A model generated the notes under the pieces. It was not told the DNA's origin and did not search any database. It saw only the letters and a list, made by a program, of their open reading frames with translations. Shown piece after piece: positions 49,260 to 62,200 of a stretch of DNA of 64,000 bases (position 1 is its first letter; every line of letters starts with the position of its first letter). The stretch comes from Podarcis pityusensis. Taxonomy: Eukaryota. The translations under genes were made by a program, and so were the position numbers. Location: assembly GCA_964106645.2 (NCBI GenBank), contig OZ067040.1. One strand, given 5' to 3'.

Positions 49260-52200
49260 TTTGGAGTAAACTCCTTAGAACACAGTGGTGTTTCTTCTTA
49301 TGTTTCTGGCTAAACACACACAATCTTTCACTGAAACGAGTGGGACTTTCATATGATATTTTTTTAAAGCTCTTGTGCACACTTTTATCATGATACTAGC
49401 AACTATATTGTACTGCGTCTTTTTCATTGGCAAGCTTTTACATTGTAGGGAGGGTGTGGAGAGAATATTTCTTTGTCGTCTTCTTAACTGTAGCAGTTGA
49501 AAACAGAATACAAAAGAAACAAACACCGAAACATTGTGTTGGGCCTTTTGACCTTTCCTAAATGATATTTAGTTTTCAGACTTCAATACAACACTACTCT
49601 TCTTCTTTGATTTTTTTATTCCCAAGAAAATGCCTTGGTGGATTAGACAAAAAGTTTATCTAGTCATGTTGCCTACTAACATTGATCAGACAGAAGTCCC
49701 TAGGTGGTTTATAAACTGTGCTTGGTGGAGATACCCTAGTGTGCAGACTGGAACTAAATTAACCCAACAGATTTTACACTTCTCCAAATGTTGTGATGCA
49801 ATTCTCAGTGGTCTTAATATATATAAATACAGGTTTCAATGTGCATTTTGAGAGAGAAATATCATTTCAACACGCATCTAAGTACTTATTAAAACACACA
49901 TTTTAAAATGTAGCCTAATATATTAATATGTGTATTTTGAGGGGGGGGGGAGAGAAAGAAAAACAACTGATTAATGCTAATATAGAACAGAAATAGGGAA
50001 GTGACATAGATCACAAATAGAGAGATTCATACTGTCGTAGTGTTTTTGTCCCTAGCACAGGGATGAAAGCCAAAGATTGTTAAATAGTCTGAAAAGAGGG
50101 GTATGAATTGCTTCTAAAGATGAGAATCAATGCCAAATATGATAACTTCATTATCATGTGAAGACTGAACCCTTGGAGAACATTTCATGTAGTAAAAAAA
50201 AAATACTGAGACAGTGTCATTTTGAAGATGAGTGGCCTAACTTTGGAGTGGAAGTTAGAACCAAGGTAATTTAGTTTGGGTTACTTTTTCTTTTTTTTAA
50301 GGTTGAAATACAAGAGCGGCTGTTAAGAGCAGCTACTGAATGAAGCTGTTAACATCAAGAATAACTGAATGATATTTTTTTTAATTGAGTGAAAGCATTA
50401 ACACAATTTTGAGTGTTGAGATGATTAAAAATTGATTTGTAATTATGAGATTTCCAAAGAGCAGGGCAATGACGATTGCTTCCCAGGGTTCATTGTTGGT
50501 GTATGTGTGTGCTATTGTTAAGTGTTTGTTTTCATGACTGCAGTAGAGTAAGTATAAATCTACAGTATGTTTTTTAAAAAAAATGTTGCTTGAATTTTTT
50601 GTTTGTTTTTTTCTCTTTCGCTGAAATATTTCCATCCTTTTAAAAACAAGTAATTTAGTGAGAACAGAATAGTCACAAAATCCATTTTAATACACAGAGA
50701 TATTTCTGAAATGAAATATACAAATGCATTTTTATAGCCCATTACAAAACCTTACCTACTATACAATTGCTTGCATGCAAATTGCCTAACACTTTAGCTG
50801 TTAAAATGCCCATTCTGTATGGATCCTTAAATTTTAAGATCTAGCACGGAATTGTGAATCAATTCTTTTTTTTTGTGAACCATCTGCTTCATCCTAAGCA
50901 TTAAAAGAAACATCACTAAGAATAATGGCAGCAACACAGCTATTCTCTTGAATTTTTCAGTGGTTGATTTACATACTCTCCATACCTTGGTATAATCCTC
51001 TGTGTGAAGCGAGAAAGTGGAGAAAATCTGTTTGTAGTTGACTCTGTCTGAGACAAGGAAGCTCGGCTGGCCTTATACTTAATTCACAAACTGTCAATTC
51101 AACACAATGTTTGCACATGTATATACATGCATAGGTAGTTCCATATCACTTTCTGCCTTATTGATCATTGTGGCTGGAAACTGTACAGAGCAGATTCCCA
51201 AAGAAGCCCACTGCTAATCCCTTGGAAATTTGGACTCCCTTTCCCACAAGACTTGTCTTTGAAAAGAAAAGAAAACCATGAAGTACAGAAGTGTAGCAAA
51301 ATATATATTCCCAGGTCAAAACACATGAAATTTCTTTTAGAGTTCAAAAGAAGGGAAAACATGGTGCAAGTATGTATGAACTGTTCAAGACCAGTTCAAA
51401 TGTTTGGCACTTCTTATGTGGTTACAAGTGGATTGCACCCTGATAAGAGTCAGGCACCCATTGTATTAAATGTAGTGACATCACCACATGGGTGTTTTTT
51501 CTTTGCACAATTCCATTAGCCCCTTGTCAGGTTGATGTCATCACACAAACACAGTGGCTGTGTGAATATACCGTAGGCTCCACAGAGACGTGTTAGTACA
51601 TACAAATGGTAGTTTCATGCTTTAAACCCCAAAACTCTTGCAAGTGATTATGTGGGTTGACACTAAAAATCAAATTGAACCACAGGAATTCTAGAACACT
51701 AAACTAATATGAATAGGAAGAGGGAAGGGTATGTGTGTGTTGCCTGAATTCCAAGAGGCAGTTATCAAGCAATGCTATGACTTAACATTCAAATTTTTAA
51801 CAGTGCCCTTTTTTTCAACTAAACAGTAAACATGGTAGCATATTTGTGCATATGATTAATCACTGCTTCCTGCCATGGGAACATAAATTTACTAAGGAAG
51901 CCAATTAAGGAGAAGATGGAACAAAATGAAAATATTCTAACTCTCCTAAGTGCAGTGCTATTAGCAAGAGACAGATTAGACAGATTAGATGAACAGAATG
52001 CTAAAGCTGCGAACCCTAAATAGAAATAAAATGTAAAAATAAACAAAACAATAAAAATACATTCTGCAAATTATAAGCAGATATAAAAATGGGGCTGGGA
52101 AATCCAACAAGGAACAATTTAAATATATAAGAGAGAGAGGCTTTGCATCTTACAATAAGTGATGGAAAATGGATGCATGGGCAGTCTGAGTAGTGTGGAA

Positions 52201-53575
52201 AAAGGAATTTGTAAACTGTGGTCATAATGAGATGCATGCAGTGCAGCTATTGGGGGACCTAGTATCCAGTTTTCTTTGCAAATCATAATTGCAGTGGGCT
52301 AGAATTGTGTATTGTCAGGTGCAACTTTTACAGTAACTTTATGATACATTTGTACACTATAAAAGGAGTGATTTTCCTAATATCCCCCCTTAGTGATTTT
52401 ACTGTTACCTTATTTTTTTTTAATAAAAAAAACTAAACCCTGAACAAAGGTTTCTCCACAGAGCCATTAAGGCTACAGCCCTATACATACCTGGGATAAA
52501 TCCAACTGAAGTCCATGAGGTTTACTACAGTTAAGAAAACAGATGATGGTTACAACTTTCACTGTAGTCTATTTCCCTTGCAACACTGTAGTTTCAGCCA
52601 TAGCTTGTGACATACCAGTGGCATAGATACATCACAATCTGAGAAATCAGTGAAAGAACTGACAGTCTATACTCTCTGCATATAGCCTGGTGGTTAGTTG
52701 GTTAGTAAGAGTAATTAGATTAGCTTTTTTATACATTCGTCTTCAATTAAATTATCTTGTACTTAAGTATCAATATTGTGAGTGCAGGGAGGAGGTAGGC
52801 AAAGTAAGTTGATTTTGAAGGAAGATTAGGATACTTCCACAAGAGATGCTCATCATGCCTATTTGCCTATAATTCATTTTGAGGAGCTTTTCAGAACTTG
52901 AATATATGGTTAATGTGACATAAAAATGGGAAGCGACTGTTTTAAATTCACATAATAGCTTCTAGGAATGTGAGTAACACATTTAAATGAATGTATGATC
53001 ATTTCTTCTTTTCATATACAGATGTTTACACTTAAATAATCTGTATGTTCATATATCTGGTCCCAAACCACCAATCACCAGAGGCCAAAACAGCACCTGG
53101 ATCTGCCTCCTGCAGCATAACAGCCATAGAAAGGATGCATGAGCCTTGAGTAGGGGGAGAAAATGTATTCTCCGTGATCTCTTGTGCAAGGCTACCAGAA
53201 GACTTCTCGCAGTGTGGTGCCACAATGTTATCAGAAGCACAGTGAATAATGAAGATGCAGACTTTGGCATATGAACTTTTGTGGCCCATCCAAAGATTTT
53301 GAGAGAGAGCTTATGCAAAGTGTTTCACAGAGCTAGTTTGGAAACAGCAGTTCAAGGGGCAGTCACCTTTCTCCTAACCTTCCCCTTCCACCCTTTGATT
53401 CTAGCCAGAGAGTGCTTTCAGCCACTGTTCTGTTGCCTTATAAAGTCAGTGCATGAAAGAACAGAGAACTGATGAGGAAGCCTATTCCACATGCATATGG
53501 AGTCTGACTGGATGCTATTTTTAAGATATAAATTGCCAAGCTATAAGAGTACTACTGATCACATTGAAACTATTA

Positions 53576-53784
53576 CAGTGGTACCTCGGGTTACAGACGC
53601 TTCAGGTTACAGACTCTGCTAACCCAGAAATAGTACCTCAGGTTAAGTATTTCGCTTCAGGATGAGAACAGAAATCGCACAGCAGGAGGCCCCATTAGCT
53701 AAAGTGATACCTTAGGTTAAGAACAGTTTCAGTTTAAGAACGGACCTCCAGAACGAATTAAGTTCTTAACCTGAGGTACCACTG
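53576..53784. mobile_element. Tigger-like MITE, full length
   Basis: TA|cagtggtacctcgggtta ... taacctgaggtaccactg|TA. Confidence 0.9.
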
Positions 53785-54779
53785 TATGTCATATACTAGC
53801 AGAGTGGAGTGGGGGGGGGAAATCCTGGGTTTGTTGATTTGCTAACTGTTCTTAAAGTTCATTTTCAAGTTCAGTTTTTAAACCACGCTTTAAAAAGCAC
53901 TGTTGGTTTACTGGGTACAAAACTTACACATAAGCTTCTGCTGCGGCATTTTCCTGCTGTAGGTTGCGTAATAAATCTGAGATGAGATGTAAGACAGCAT
54001 GACACGGAGCACTCTGATCATGTGACATGTATGAATGCTGACATGTATGAAGGCTTATTATAGTTTTATAGGTGTATAATGCACTTGAAATAAATTAAGT
54101 GTTTTTACATAGTATTTATTTAAAATACTAGTTCCTGCCCTAAGGCTCACAAACAGAATTAAAAAATACCAGATTAAAGAATGAAAGGTTAGGAAGGACC
54201 AAGAGACCATGCCAGGCAATATATAATTTGCAAATTGTGACACCTTAATAAAAACGATCCATTACAATTGATGGATGTCCTCCCCCCCACCCTTTTAAAA
54301 TAATAAAAAAGGAAAGCTACAAGTGGAGCAATATATTGTGTGTAAAATCTTCTGTTTCACTGAAATGTAACATTTTGGTAGAGGTACAAAAGTCATAAAT
54401 GCAAGTTTCTGTTTTTATTTTATTTTTCTTGTAAAAAAAACATGAAGACAGCAGTGTCTTTTAAAAGCTGTGCAATTTGACGGTTTTGTCTTGCATTTGA
54501 CAATTTTCTCTTTTGTAATTTATTTTGAAGCATCCAGAACTAAGGTTCTTAGCATAACCTTTGCTGACTTCTGTCCCACATGAAATGTGCATGAATTGAT
54601 TTCCCTTAATTAGTGGAAGAAGGTTCCAGAAGGCACTATCCTAATCAGTTTGGCCAGAAGCATCCTGAATCGGTACTGCAGTTTCCGTAATGAACTCCAA
54701 CCTTTCTTATAATGCTTTAGAAAATTGAACTGGTGCTTTCCAATACTGATAAGAAGGACAGGGGGATAGAAATAAAAGG

Positions 54780-54975
54780 GTGGAATCCAATGAGACGATT
54801 TCTGCTTGAAAAATTGGATTTCACTCCCCTCCTTCCACCCCTGTAACTCCCATACCTCCCCAAATCTAAACTGGAAGACCGTGTAATTAAAGCAGATTTT
54901 TGGGGTGTACTGGGGCCTGCACAGAGGAAAGGGAAATCCCACTGAATGAACAGAAGTCTGTTCCATTAGCAAGCC
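54780..54975. repeat. Old unclassified interspersed repeat
   Basis: ccccaaatct...agcagatttttggggtg...gggaaatcccact shared loosely with 61520-61670 and 63440-63660. Confidence 0.35.
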
Positions 54976-55276
54976 TATACACAGTGAGCCTTGAGAACTG
55001 GGAAGCAGGTGGTAAAACAAAGGAGCAACAAGAATGGCATGACAAGACAATATTTTGGAAGTGAAATGGCAACAACTTTATTGATTACAGATGACACATA
55101 ACTAAATGGGGCAGGGGGAGAACACAGACGATATGTATCAGAGATGGATCATTATAGATCTCTGAATTTCCTCTTTGAATACCAAAATAACAGCAATCCA
55201 TACAATTGTGAATAACTGCACACAAACTACTTCCATTAGAATTCTTCCCTCAGAGAAAACATGTATAATACAATTA

Positions 55277-55516
55277 CAGTGGTACCTTGGTTTAAGAACA
55301 GTCCTGTTTACGAACGATTCAGTTTACGAACTCTGAAAAACCGGAAGTAGTGTCCCGGTTTGTGAACTTTACCTTGGTCTAAAAATGGAAGCCGAACGGT
55401 GGAAGGGCCTAGCAGCAGCAGGCCTCATTAGGGAAAGTGAACCTCGGTTTAAGAATGGTTTTGGTTTAAGAATGGACTTCCGGAACGGATTAAGTTCATA
55501 AACCGAGGTACCACTA
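55277..55516. mobile_element. Tigger-like MITE, different internal subfamily
   Basis: TA|cagtggtaccttggtttaagaac ... gttcataaaccgaggtaccacta|TA. Confidence 0.85.
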
Positions 55517-56033
55517 TATTACAGTAACAAAGCTTTATTGTTTTCTTTTATGTCTTAACTAAACTAAAACCAAAGTAGTACAATACAATGTTTGCTTGAA
55601 TATTGCTTTTTTCTCTCCTTCTAAAACACCTCTCAATTTACCCTTGTTATCTTTGCGAGTTTGGGGGCTCACTGAGTTTTGTGCAACAACCTGTATTATT
55701 TATTGAAGTGCCAGCTCTGGTTTGGATTTGACCCAGATCATTCAGATAACTGGCTTTAAATACATTCCATCAGGTATGCTGCTTCCTTACCCAGGTCATT
55801 TTGGGATTAAAATGCACTGGTACCTGTCATAAGGCCAGTGGCCCTCAGTGAACTTGCAAGCAAACTGACAACTTCAACTTGACAATAAAAGGTCTGCTCC
55901 CACCATCAGCATGGCAAAGGATTTGTTTGAATTTACTCTTAGGACTTATCTGCACTGCTATGCAAGATGTCAGTTTAATGTGCACCTGATGCCTAGTTTG
56001 CCTGATACAGAGTTGTGAATTGTTGTTGCTCTT

Positions 56034-56103
56034 TGTTGTTTAGTCATTTAGTCGTTTAGTTCATGACCCCATGGACCAGAGCATGCCAGGCACTCCTGTC
56101 TTC
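56034..56103 (-). mobile_element. Bov-B 3' stub with internal deletion
   Basis: tgttgtttagtcatttagtcgtttag...catgaccccatggaccagagcatgccaggcactcctgtcttc; TSD ttgttgctctt (56023) / ttgttgttctt (56104). Confidence 0.88.
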
Positions 56104-56115
56104 TTGTTGTTCTTA

Positions 56116-56465
56116 AAGTTAAAGGTACCCCTGACCGTTAGGACGATTCTGGGGTTGCACGCTCATCTCGCTCTATAGGCCGAGGGAGCCGGCGTTTGTC
56201 CGCAGACAGCTTCCGGGTCATGTGGCCAGCATGACTAAGCCGCTTCTGGTGAACCAGAGCAGCGCACGGAAACACTGTTTATCTTCCCGCCAGAGTGGTA
56301 CCTATTTATCTACTTGCACTTTGACGTGATTCCGAACTGCTAGGTTGGCAGGAGCTGGGACTGAACAATGGGAGCTCACCCCATCGCAGGGATTTGAACC
56401 GCCGACCTTCTGATCGGCAAGCCCTAGGCTCTGTGGTTTAGACCACAGCGCCACCCATGTCCCAA
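56116..56465 (-). mobile_element. Sauria SINE, full length
   Basis: Conserved core and head; 14-bp TSD tcttgttgttctta (56102-56115) / tcttgttgctctta (56466-56479). Confidence 0.92.
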
Positions 56466-56569
56466 TCTTGTTGCTCTTAGTTATCCCCAAAATGAATAGG
56501 GATCTTAGTCTACCAGTGAAATATACTGTAATAATAAAAATAAACTTAATATCCATTTCTAAGGACTAT

Positions 56570-56790
56570 TTGTTGCTACCCATCTGTCTCAAGAGACAAT
56601 GGAGTACACCTCTGGGGGTGAAGGCAAACCGCTGGAGAATCACAGCATCTGTTGTGGCTGCAGAGACTCATAGCTCATAACTGCTGCCTCCCACATTGTT
56701 TCTGATGTGTTAGCAGCACCAAAGTGACCTCTCTGGGGTGCAAGCTTGGGCATTGTGTTTGGAGGTTCTGGGCTTCCCAGACAACAAGAC
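56570..56790 (+). mobile_element. Probable RTE-clade LINE 5' UTR fragment
   Basis: gagacaatggagtacacctctgggggtgaaggcaaaccgctg...gttagcagcaccaaagtgacctc...gcccagacaacaagacc-type sequence recalled from squamate RTE elements; not verified. Confidence 0.4.
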
Positions 56791-58705
56791 CTCACAGTCA
56801 GTTGAGACTATGTCAGTTGAAAGCACTGTGCCAAGTTGAAACTCAGTCTCCTTTGTCCTAATTGCTTTCTCTTTGAGTTATGAAGGTTATAGTACTATTA
56901 TGTTCACATGGCAATGGGCTGTTTACAATTTATACCTTCCCTTCTGCCCTAGTCAGATAAAATGCCTTTGTTCCAAATAAGCTTTAGAAGATGTGAACAT
57001 GGACAGTTCTTGTGGGATGCACCTATAAACCAGAATAATATAGAACCAATAATATTTCTCTCTCTTGCTATCCCATCATTGGAATCTTGTTAATGAATCA
57101 TGCAAAATTCCAAGAAAAGCTATCAAAATCATCAAAGCTTCAATAAATATTATGATTACTGAACAGACATGTTGTGAAGTTACATTAATTATGTGTAATG
57201 CATCCTTGAAAAAAAATGCAATTATCAACTTGCTTTTCAAGTGTGCATTATTAAAGTAAAAAAACAACCTTGTAGAACTAGAATGGGCGGCCAGTAAAAT
57301 CCAGAGACGATAAAAGTATTACTATCAACATAAATGTCTACATGCTTTTGTAAAACCTTTCTTAAACAAGCAATTTTCTGTTTAAAATATTAACCTCCTT
57401 ATAAGTTAAATTCTTCAAAAGATTAATCTTATCTGTCCACTGTCTTCTTTTTAAAAAAAGTTATTCACATTTATGTCCTTTTGCTAGTGACCCATTAAAT
57501 TAATTTTGTACAACATGTTATGGTTGAGATGACTGATTCACTCATGAAACTGGATGCAACTTTATAATCAAAAATGGATGATAATGATAAGATGTGTGAG
57601 TAGAATTCAGATTTAAATGCCTTAACACAGTGTTTCCCAACCTGGGAGCTGTGACCCACAAACTCAAAATAATTATTGCTTTTAATCAGGGGTTGTTTTT
57701 CAGTGAAACCTCGGAGGAACTGAGATCCCTTACCTTTCAAAAAAAATATATTTTTTGTTTAAATTGTCTGGGGTGGAGGAGACTGGAACAGATAACCATC
57801 CAGTGCCTGAGCCAAAAATCCACCTATATCTGTAATCAATAAAGTTGTGGCCATTTCTAATCCAGGTCATTGTCTGCTTGAGGTTTTTTTTAATCACATC
57901 TTACATTTAGCCACAGGCTGGATGGCAGTGTGGGGTGTGGCACTGTGACTGGGCATGCAATAAACAAACAAACAAACATTGTGGTGAGTTCCCCCATCTT
58001 TTTTCAACAAAAAAAGAACTGCTTCTAATCCTTAACTGGTATGATATATATTTTTTGGCATATCATAACACAGTGTTGGCGCTTGTAACCATACATCAGA
58101 AAGGCTCGAATCTTACATTTTAACACTTGGGAACTACTTTCTGGTGGCAGATTTGGTGAGGGTTCACCATAAGGTCCTTGTACAAGGAGCAGCCTGCACA
58201 TCAGAAGAAAGCTATAATATTAACTCAAAAGGACTTTCTGTAGCAAAATAATCACAGGATCTACGGCCAGTGTTGACCAATAATTAGGCTAAGTATGCTT
58301 ACATTTGAGTCATTAATTTTTTCTTTGGCTGTGTGCACAAGTAGCCTTCGAAGCACATAGGGGTTGTTTTCACAGTGTGCTTTGCTACATAGTGGCTTGC
58401 AATTGGCTCACACCTCCATGCAATAATGTCATCTAAAGTGACGGTTACTATTCATGCTGACTTTACACACAGGTCGGTATGTTTTCCAACTAATGTGAAA
58501 TGGTGTTCCCTATTCCCCTTCTCTCAATTAGTGATTTCAGATACCTTCAAAAATAATTGCTGTCTTTCAAAAGAGAGAGGCTGGAAACTTGTGTGTTGAT
58601 ATATTGATATATGTATTTCAGTATACAAAGTATACTGTTTCCTATTTTTCCTGTTTCACTCATACGTAAGTTGGACATGGTAAGGGGCACTGGCACAGCC
58701 CTACA

Positions 58706-58930
58706 ATGTCAGCAGGCCTGCTTACTGATGAAGCAATATCTTTACTTCTGCCATTCGGTAGTACATATCTTTGCAAGACAGGTTTTTCAGCAATGGTGGT
58801 TGTGAGAGAGAAAAAATACGGCAACAGGCTCTGCATCAATAATGATCTGAGACTGTGTCTGATAATCATCATATCCTTCTACATTGACCTACTTGTGGAA
58901 AAATGCAAACTCTGCCATCCCACTGATGCT
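58706..58930 (+). pseudogene. Fossil hAT (Buster/Charlie) transposase C-terminal dimerisation-domain fragment
   Basis: AISLLLPFGSTYLCKTGFSAMVVVREKKYGNRLCINNDLRLCL...IDLLV..KLCHPT follows the LLPF.STYLCE.GFS....K.KYRNRL...DLRL motif of ZBED5/ZBED8/Charlie-type transposases. Confidence 0.8.
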
Positions 58931-59295
58931 TTCCAAAATGTACTTTGCAGTGAATAAAACTATTTAATATATTCATAGTTTGAGTTTGTTATATCTAACA
59001 GTGCTTCTGCAACTGTATGTTTTTGGAATAAATGTTCATAGTTTATGAAGCACTAGCCTGCAATCAAATGATTGGTGTTCTTACATTAACATTAAAAAAA
59101 ACCCTTGTGAATAACTTTGTAAGTACTGTACGTATTTTAACAAATTCCACATTAAATAGGGGCACTAAGTAAATTTTTGCTTGGATGCCTCAAGTAATGA
59201 TTATAAAATAGGCAACCCTGCAGTTAAAATGCATAAAACTGAAAGCTGCTGAAGATCTAAGCACCAGAATTCAAGTGACAGTCAATGGGTCACCA

Positions 59296-59431
59296 CAGGC
59301 ACAGGCAAACTCGGCCCTCCAGATGTTTTGAGACTACAATTCCCATCATCCATGACCACTGGTCCAGTTAGCTAGGGATGATGGGAGTTGTAGTCCCTAA
59401 ACATCTGGAGAGCCGAATTTGCCTATGCCTG
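59296..59431. mobile_element. Palindromic hAT-type MITE
   Basis: Near-perfect hairpin caggcacaggcaaactcggccctccagatgttt / aaacatctggagagccgaatttgcctatgcctg; 8-bp TSD ggtcacca / ggttacca. Confidence 0.9.
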
Positions 59432-59802
59432 GGTTACCATATCAAGTAAATTTGGACTTTTGGGTTGTCATATCAAAAAGACTGGAAACCACAGCCTTGA
59501 CATACCCGTTTTCTATATAAGAGAATGGCATAGAATTGTTCTGTAACACTTGTTCATTATTAAAATTGTATTGAGGAGTAAAAAAGAAAAAGAAATTAGT
59601 ACTTAGCACAAACACAAGCTTTTCTGCTTTAACAAAAAGGCTGATTGAGCTTAAACAGAACGTAGAACCCAGTTCAAGTGATTTGCAATTGTTTTAAGCA
59701 GAAGATAAGGTAGGGGCACACTGGTGCTGGAATGAAACACTCACTGAACAAAGTGATTCAGCATAAGAGAGAGAGAACAGTGTGTACAAGTATGCTGGAA
59801 TA

Positions 59803-60009
59803 TCAGGGTCGCATCCGTTTGTCCCACCACTATTAAAGAACATTTAGGTCCCAAAACTTTTTGGCACCTAAGGCAAACCAAAAAATGTCGCCCCTCTCCC
59901 CACTAGGGAAGAAGGGGTACGTGAAGATCTGCATCAGGATCTTCTGTCCCTGTGTATCCTGCTACCTGAAGCAATTGCCTCACCTTGCCTCTTGGGTGAG
60001 CCAGGCCTG
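59803..60009. mobile_element. Degenerate hAT (Tip100-like) element
   Basis: Starts cagggtcgc, ends gagccaggcctg; gcctcaccttgcctc subterminal motif. Confidence 0.4.
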
Positions 60010-62200
60010 ATGTTGCAGCCCCCACAATGATCAGTTTAAAGGCTGCCAAAAAGCTGGATCCTTTTCAGCTTCTTAAATCCACAAACCTTATGTTTAGCCT
60101 CCAGTTATGTTTTCATTGATTAAGTTCATTAGTCACAAACCTACCACATTCAAAGAGTTCAATAAAGTACTTTGAAATCAGCCTGTGACATTTTTGCAAG
60201 GCTACATAAGAGAAGAACTGCAATAAATAAATAAAAATTATGCCAGTCACTCAGGGTCATGGACATTTGATGTGCCAAAGAGGAATTTTAAAACATGTAT
60301 TATTATTATTAATATTAATAATAATAAACTCTTCACCCAAAGAGCTCTCCCAACATCGACATGCCCAATATAGTGATTGACTGTTGAGGATTATAACCTG
60401 AGTCTTCTCTATGCGAGTCTAACCACTACTTCATAGTGCTTTTTTGTACATGGCTGGCAATTTGAAATCAGATACAAGTTCACAGAAATTGGATCTAGGA
60501 CCAATAAACTAGCAATGTTGTTATTAATATTAGCATATTGGTCAAATAACAGTATTTTGGAAAGCCGAGATTTATTGAAACACTCCTACACTGCAACAAA
60601 CTTTGAGGCTAGCCCTGCTGTGCTGATACTTTGGTTTTGGATGAGGGCAAAATAACCTAAATGGCTGGTGTGTGGAATGAAAAAAATTAAGACACAGCAA
60701 AATGTGATTTGCAGAAGAAGTACGGTACATTTTAAAACAGCTGCAATTCAGTTTATCCGCCCCCCCCCACCTTGGAATAAGTCCAACTGAAGTCAATGGG
60801 ACTTGTTTTTGTGTAGAAATGTAGAGGATTGTGCTGTTAACATTCTGATATCTATGATTTTGGCCATCAGGTACTGGAGAACAAATGTATGAGTGACCTT
60901 ATCTTTCTTATTAGACTTTATCTCCTCATTCATTGGGCTGCTCTGATAGGTAACATTAGTATTAAATGAAAATGGTAATCCCTCCTAAAACGGTGCATGT
61001 TCACATTATACTTGTTATCCGACATCAGGACCAAGTCAGATTGAGATGCTTCAGGAATTAAAACTAAACCCAAATTGCATCTGAAAAAGTTCACTCTAGG
61101 CCATGAAAATTTATGCTACAATTAAGTGCCTCAAGACTCTTTCCTGGTCAAGCCTAACATAGATGTTATTTGAAGCTAACAGATGTTGGAATTAATTACG
61201 CCAATACGGAGAACACCCATGGCAAATATATTTTTTAGTCTGTAAATTTCACAGCTTTAAGAATCCCTTAAATGTAAGGGATTCAATCCCAACTTCATTA
61301 CACTTAGACTAGAAGACCCATTGAAATCAAGTCCAAGTGATTACAATGGATCTACTTTAGGCATGATGGGAAGTTTGGATCTAACTCAAGGTTATTTGGA
61401 TTCATAAAGCTGCTTTGGTGGCAAAAGGATCGTACTTTCATTCTGATATGGCACAATGTTCCATGAGTGGTATCCAACATGGCAGCCTGTTTGCACTATG
61501 GGCTGCTGCTCACACGAATCAGATTTTCTCTTTCTCTTCTTTTCCATGCAGTCCCTTGTGTGCTCTCTCTGGATGGTTGAGGACCTCCCAGAGCAAATTT
61601 TAGGGGTACTGCAGGGGAAGAAGAGTCAAGGAAGTCTTGCACCCACTAGCATGACATTGGATTTAATCCTCTTATCTTGTGGGACGCTGACTCTGGGATA
61701 CCTCTGCTGCTGGAGTTCCACTTTGCCTCTTGTGACCACATTGTTTCCTTTCTCTTCCTCTACAGCCAGCCTTTTTCTCTTTTGTCTCTTATTATATATG
61801 ACAGCCTATTCTTGTAGCCTACTACTGCTTCTCTTTTCTTTTATTGGACAGGGAAGGAGTAGATAAGTTGTGCAGACCATCACTATTATTTGATTAGGGA
61901 GGAGGCATGTTGTGGCTATGTATGATATATCCAAACACTGTGAATTAGCTGTGCACTGTCCCCTTAGCCTTCAAAAACAAAGCAAGCATGGAGAAACCCC
62001 ATCCCTCATTAAGAGTGTGAGACCTATGCTTACCAACCAGCTGTATTCCCTATTTAATAAACTTGTCAGTCACCAACACCTGTATGGAGGATGAATCGAT
62101 AGTCCAGGCTCAAGAGACAATACAGTAGTCAGTTTTACTAATACACTGCTTCAGAAGCCAGCATATAAGAGGACATTGTAGAATAACTTGATACAACATA

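Noticed and set aside
51916-52023. Short protein-like frame MEQNENILTLLSAVLLARDRLDRLDEQNAKAANPK
   Set aside because: Only 35 codons with no splice or promoter support; better explained as a motif-rich non-coding element.
54610-55050. 146-aa minus-strand ORF
   Set aside because: Non-ATG start, no recognisable domain, overlaps an old repeat.
61456-61866. 136-aa hydrophobic ORF
   Set aside because: Leu/Phe/Ser richness reflects pyrimidine-rich DNA and an old repeat; no homology recognised.
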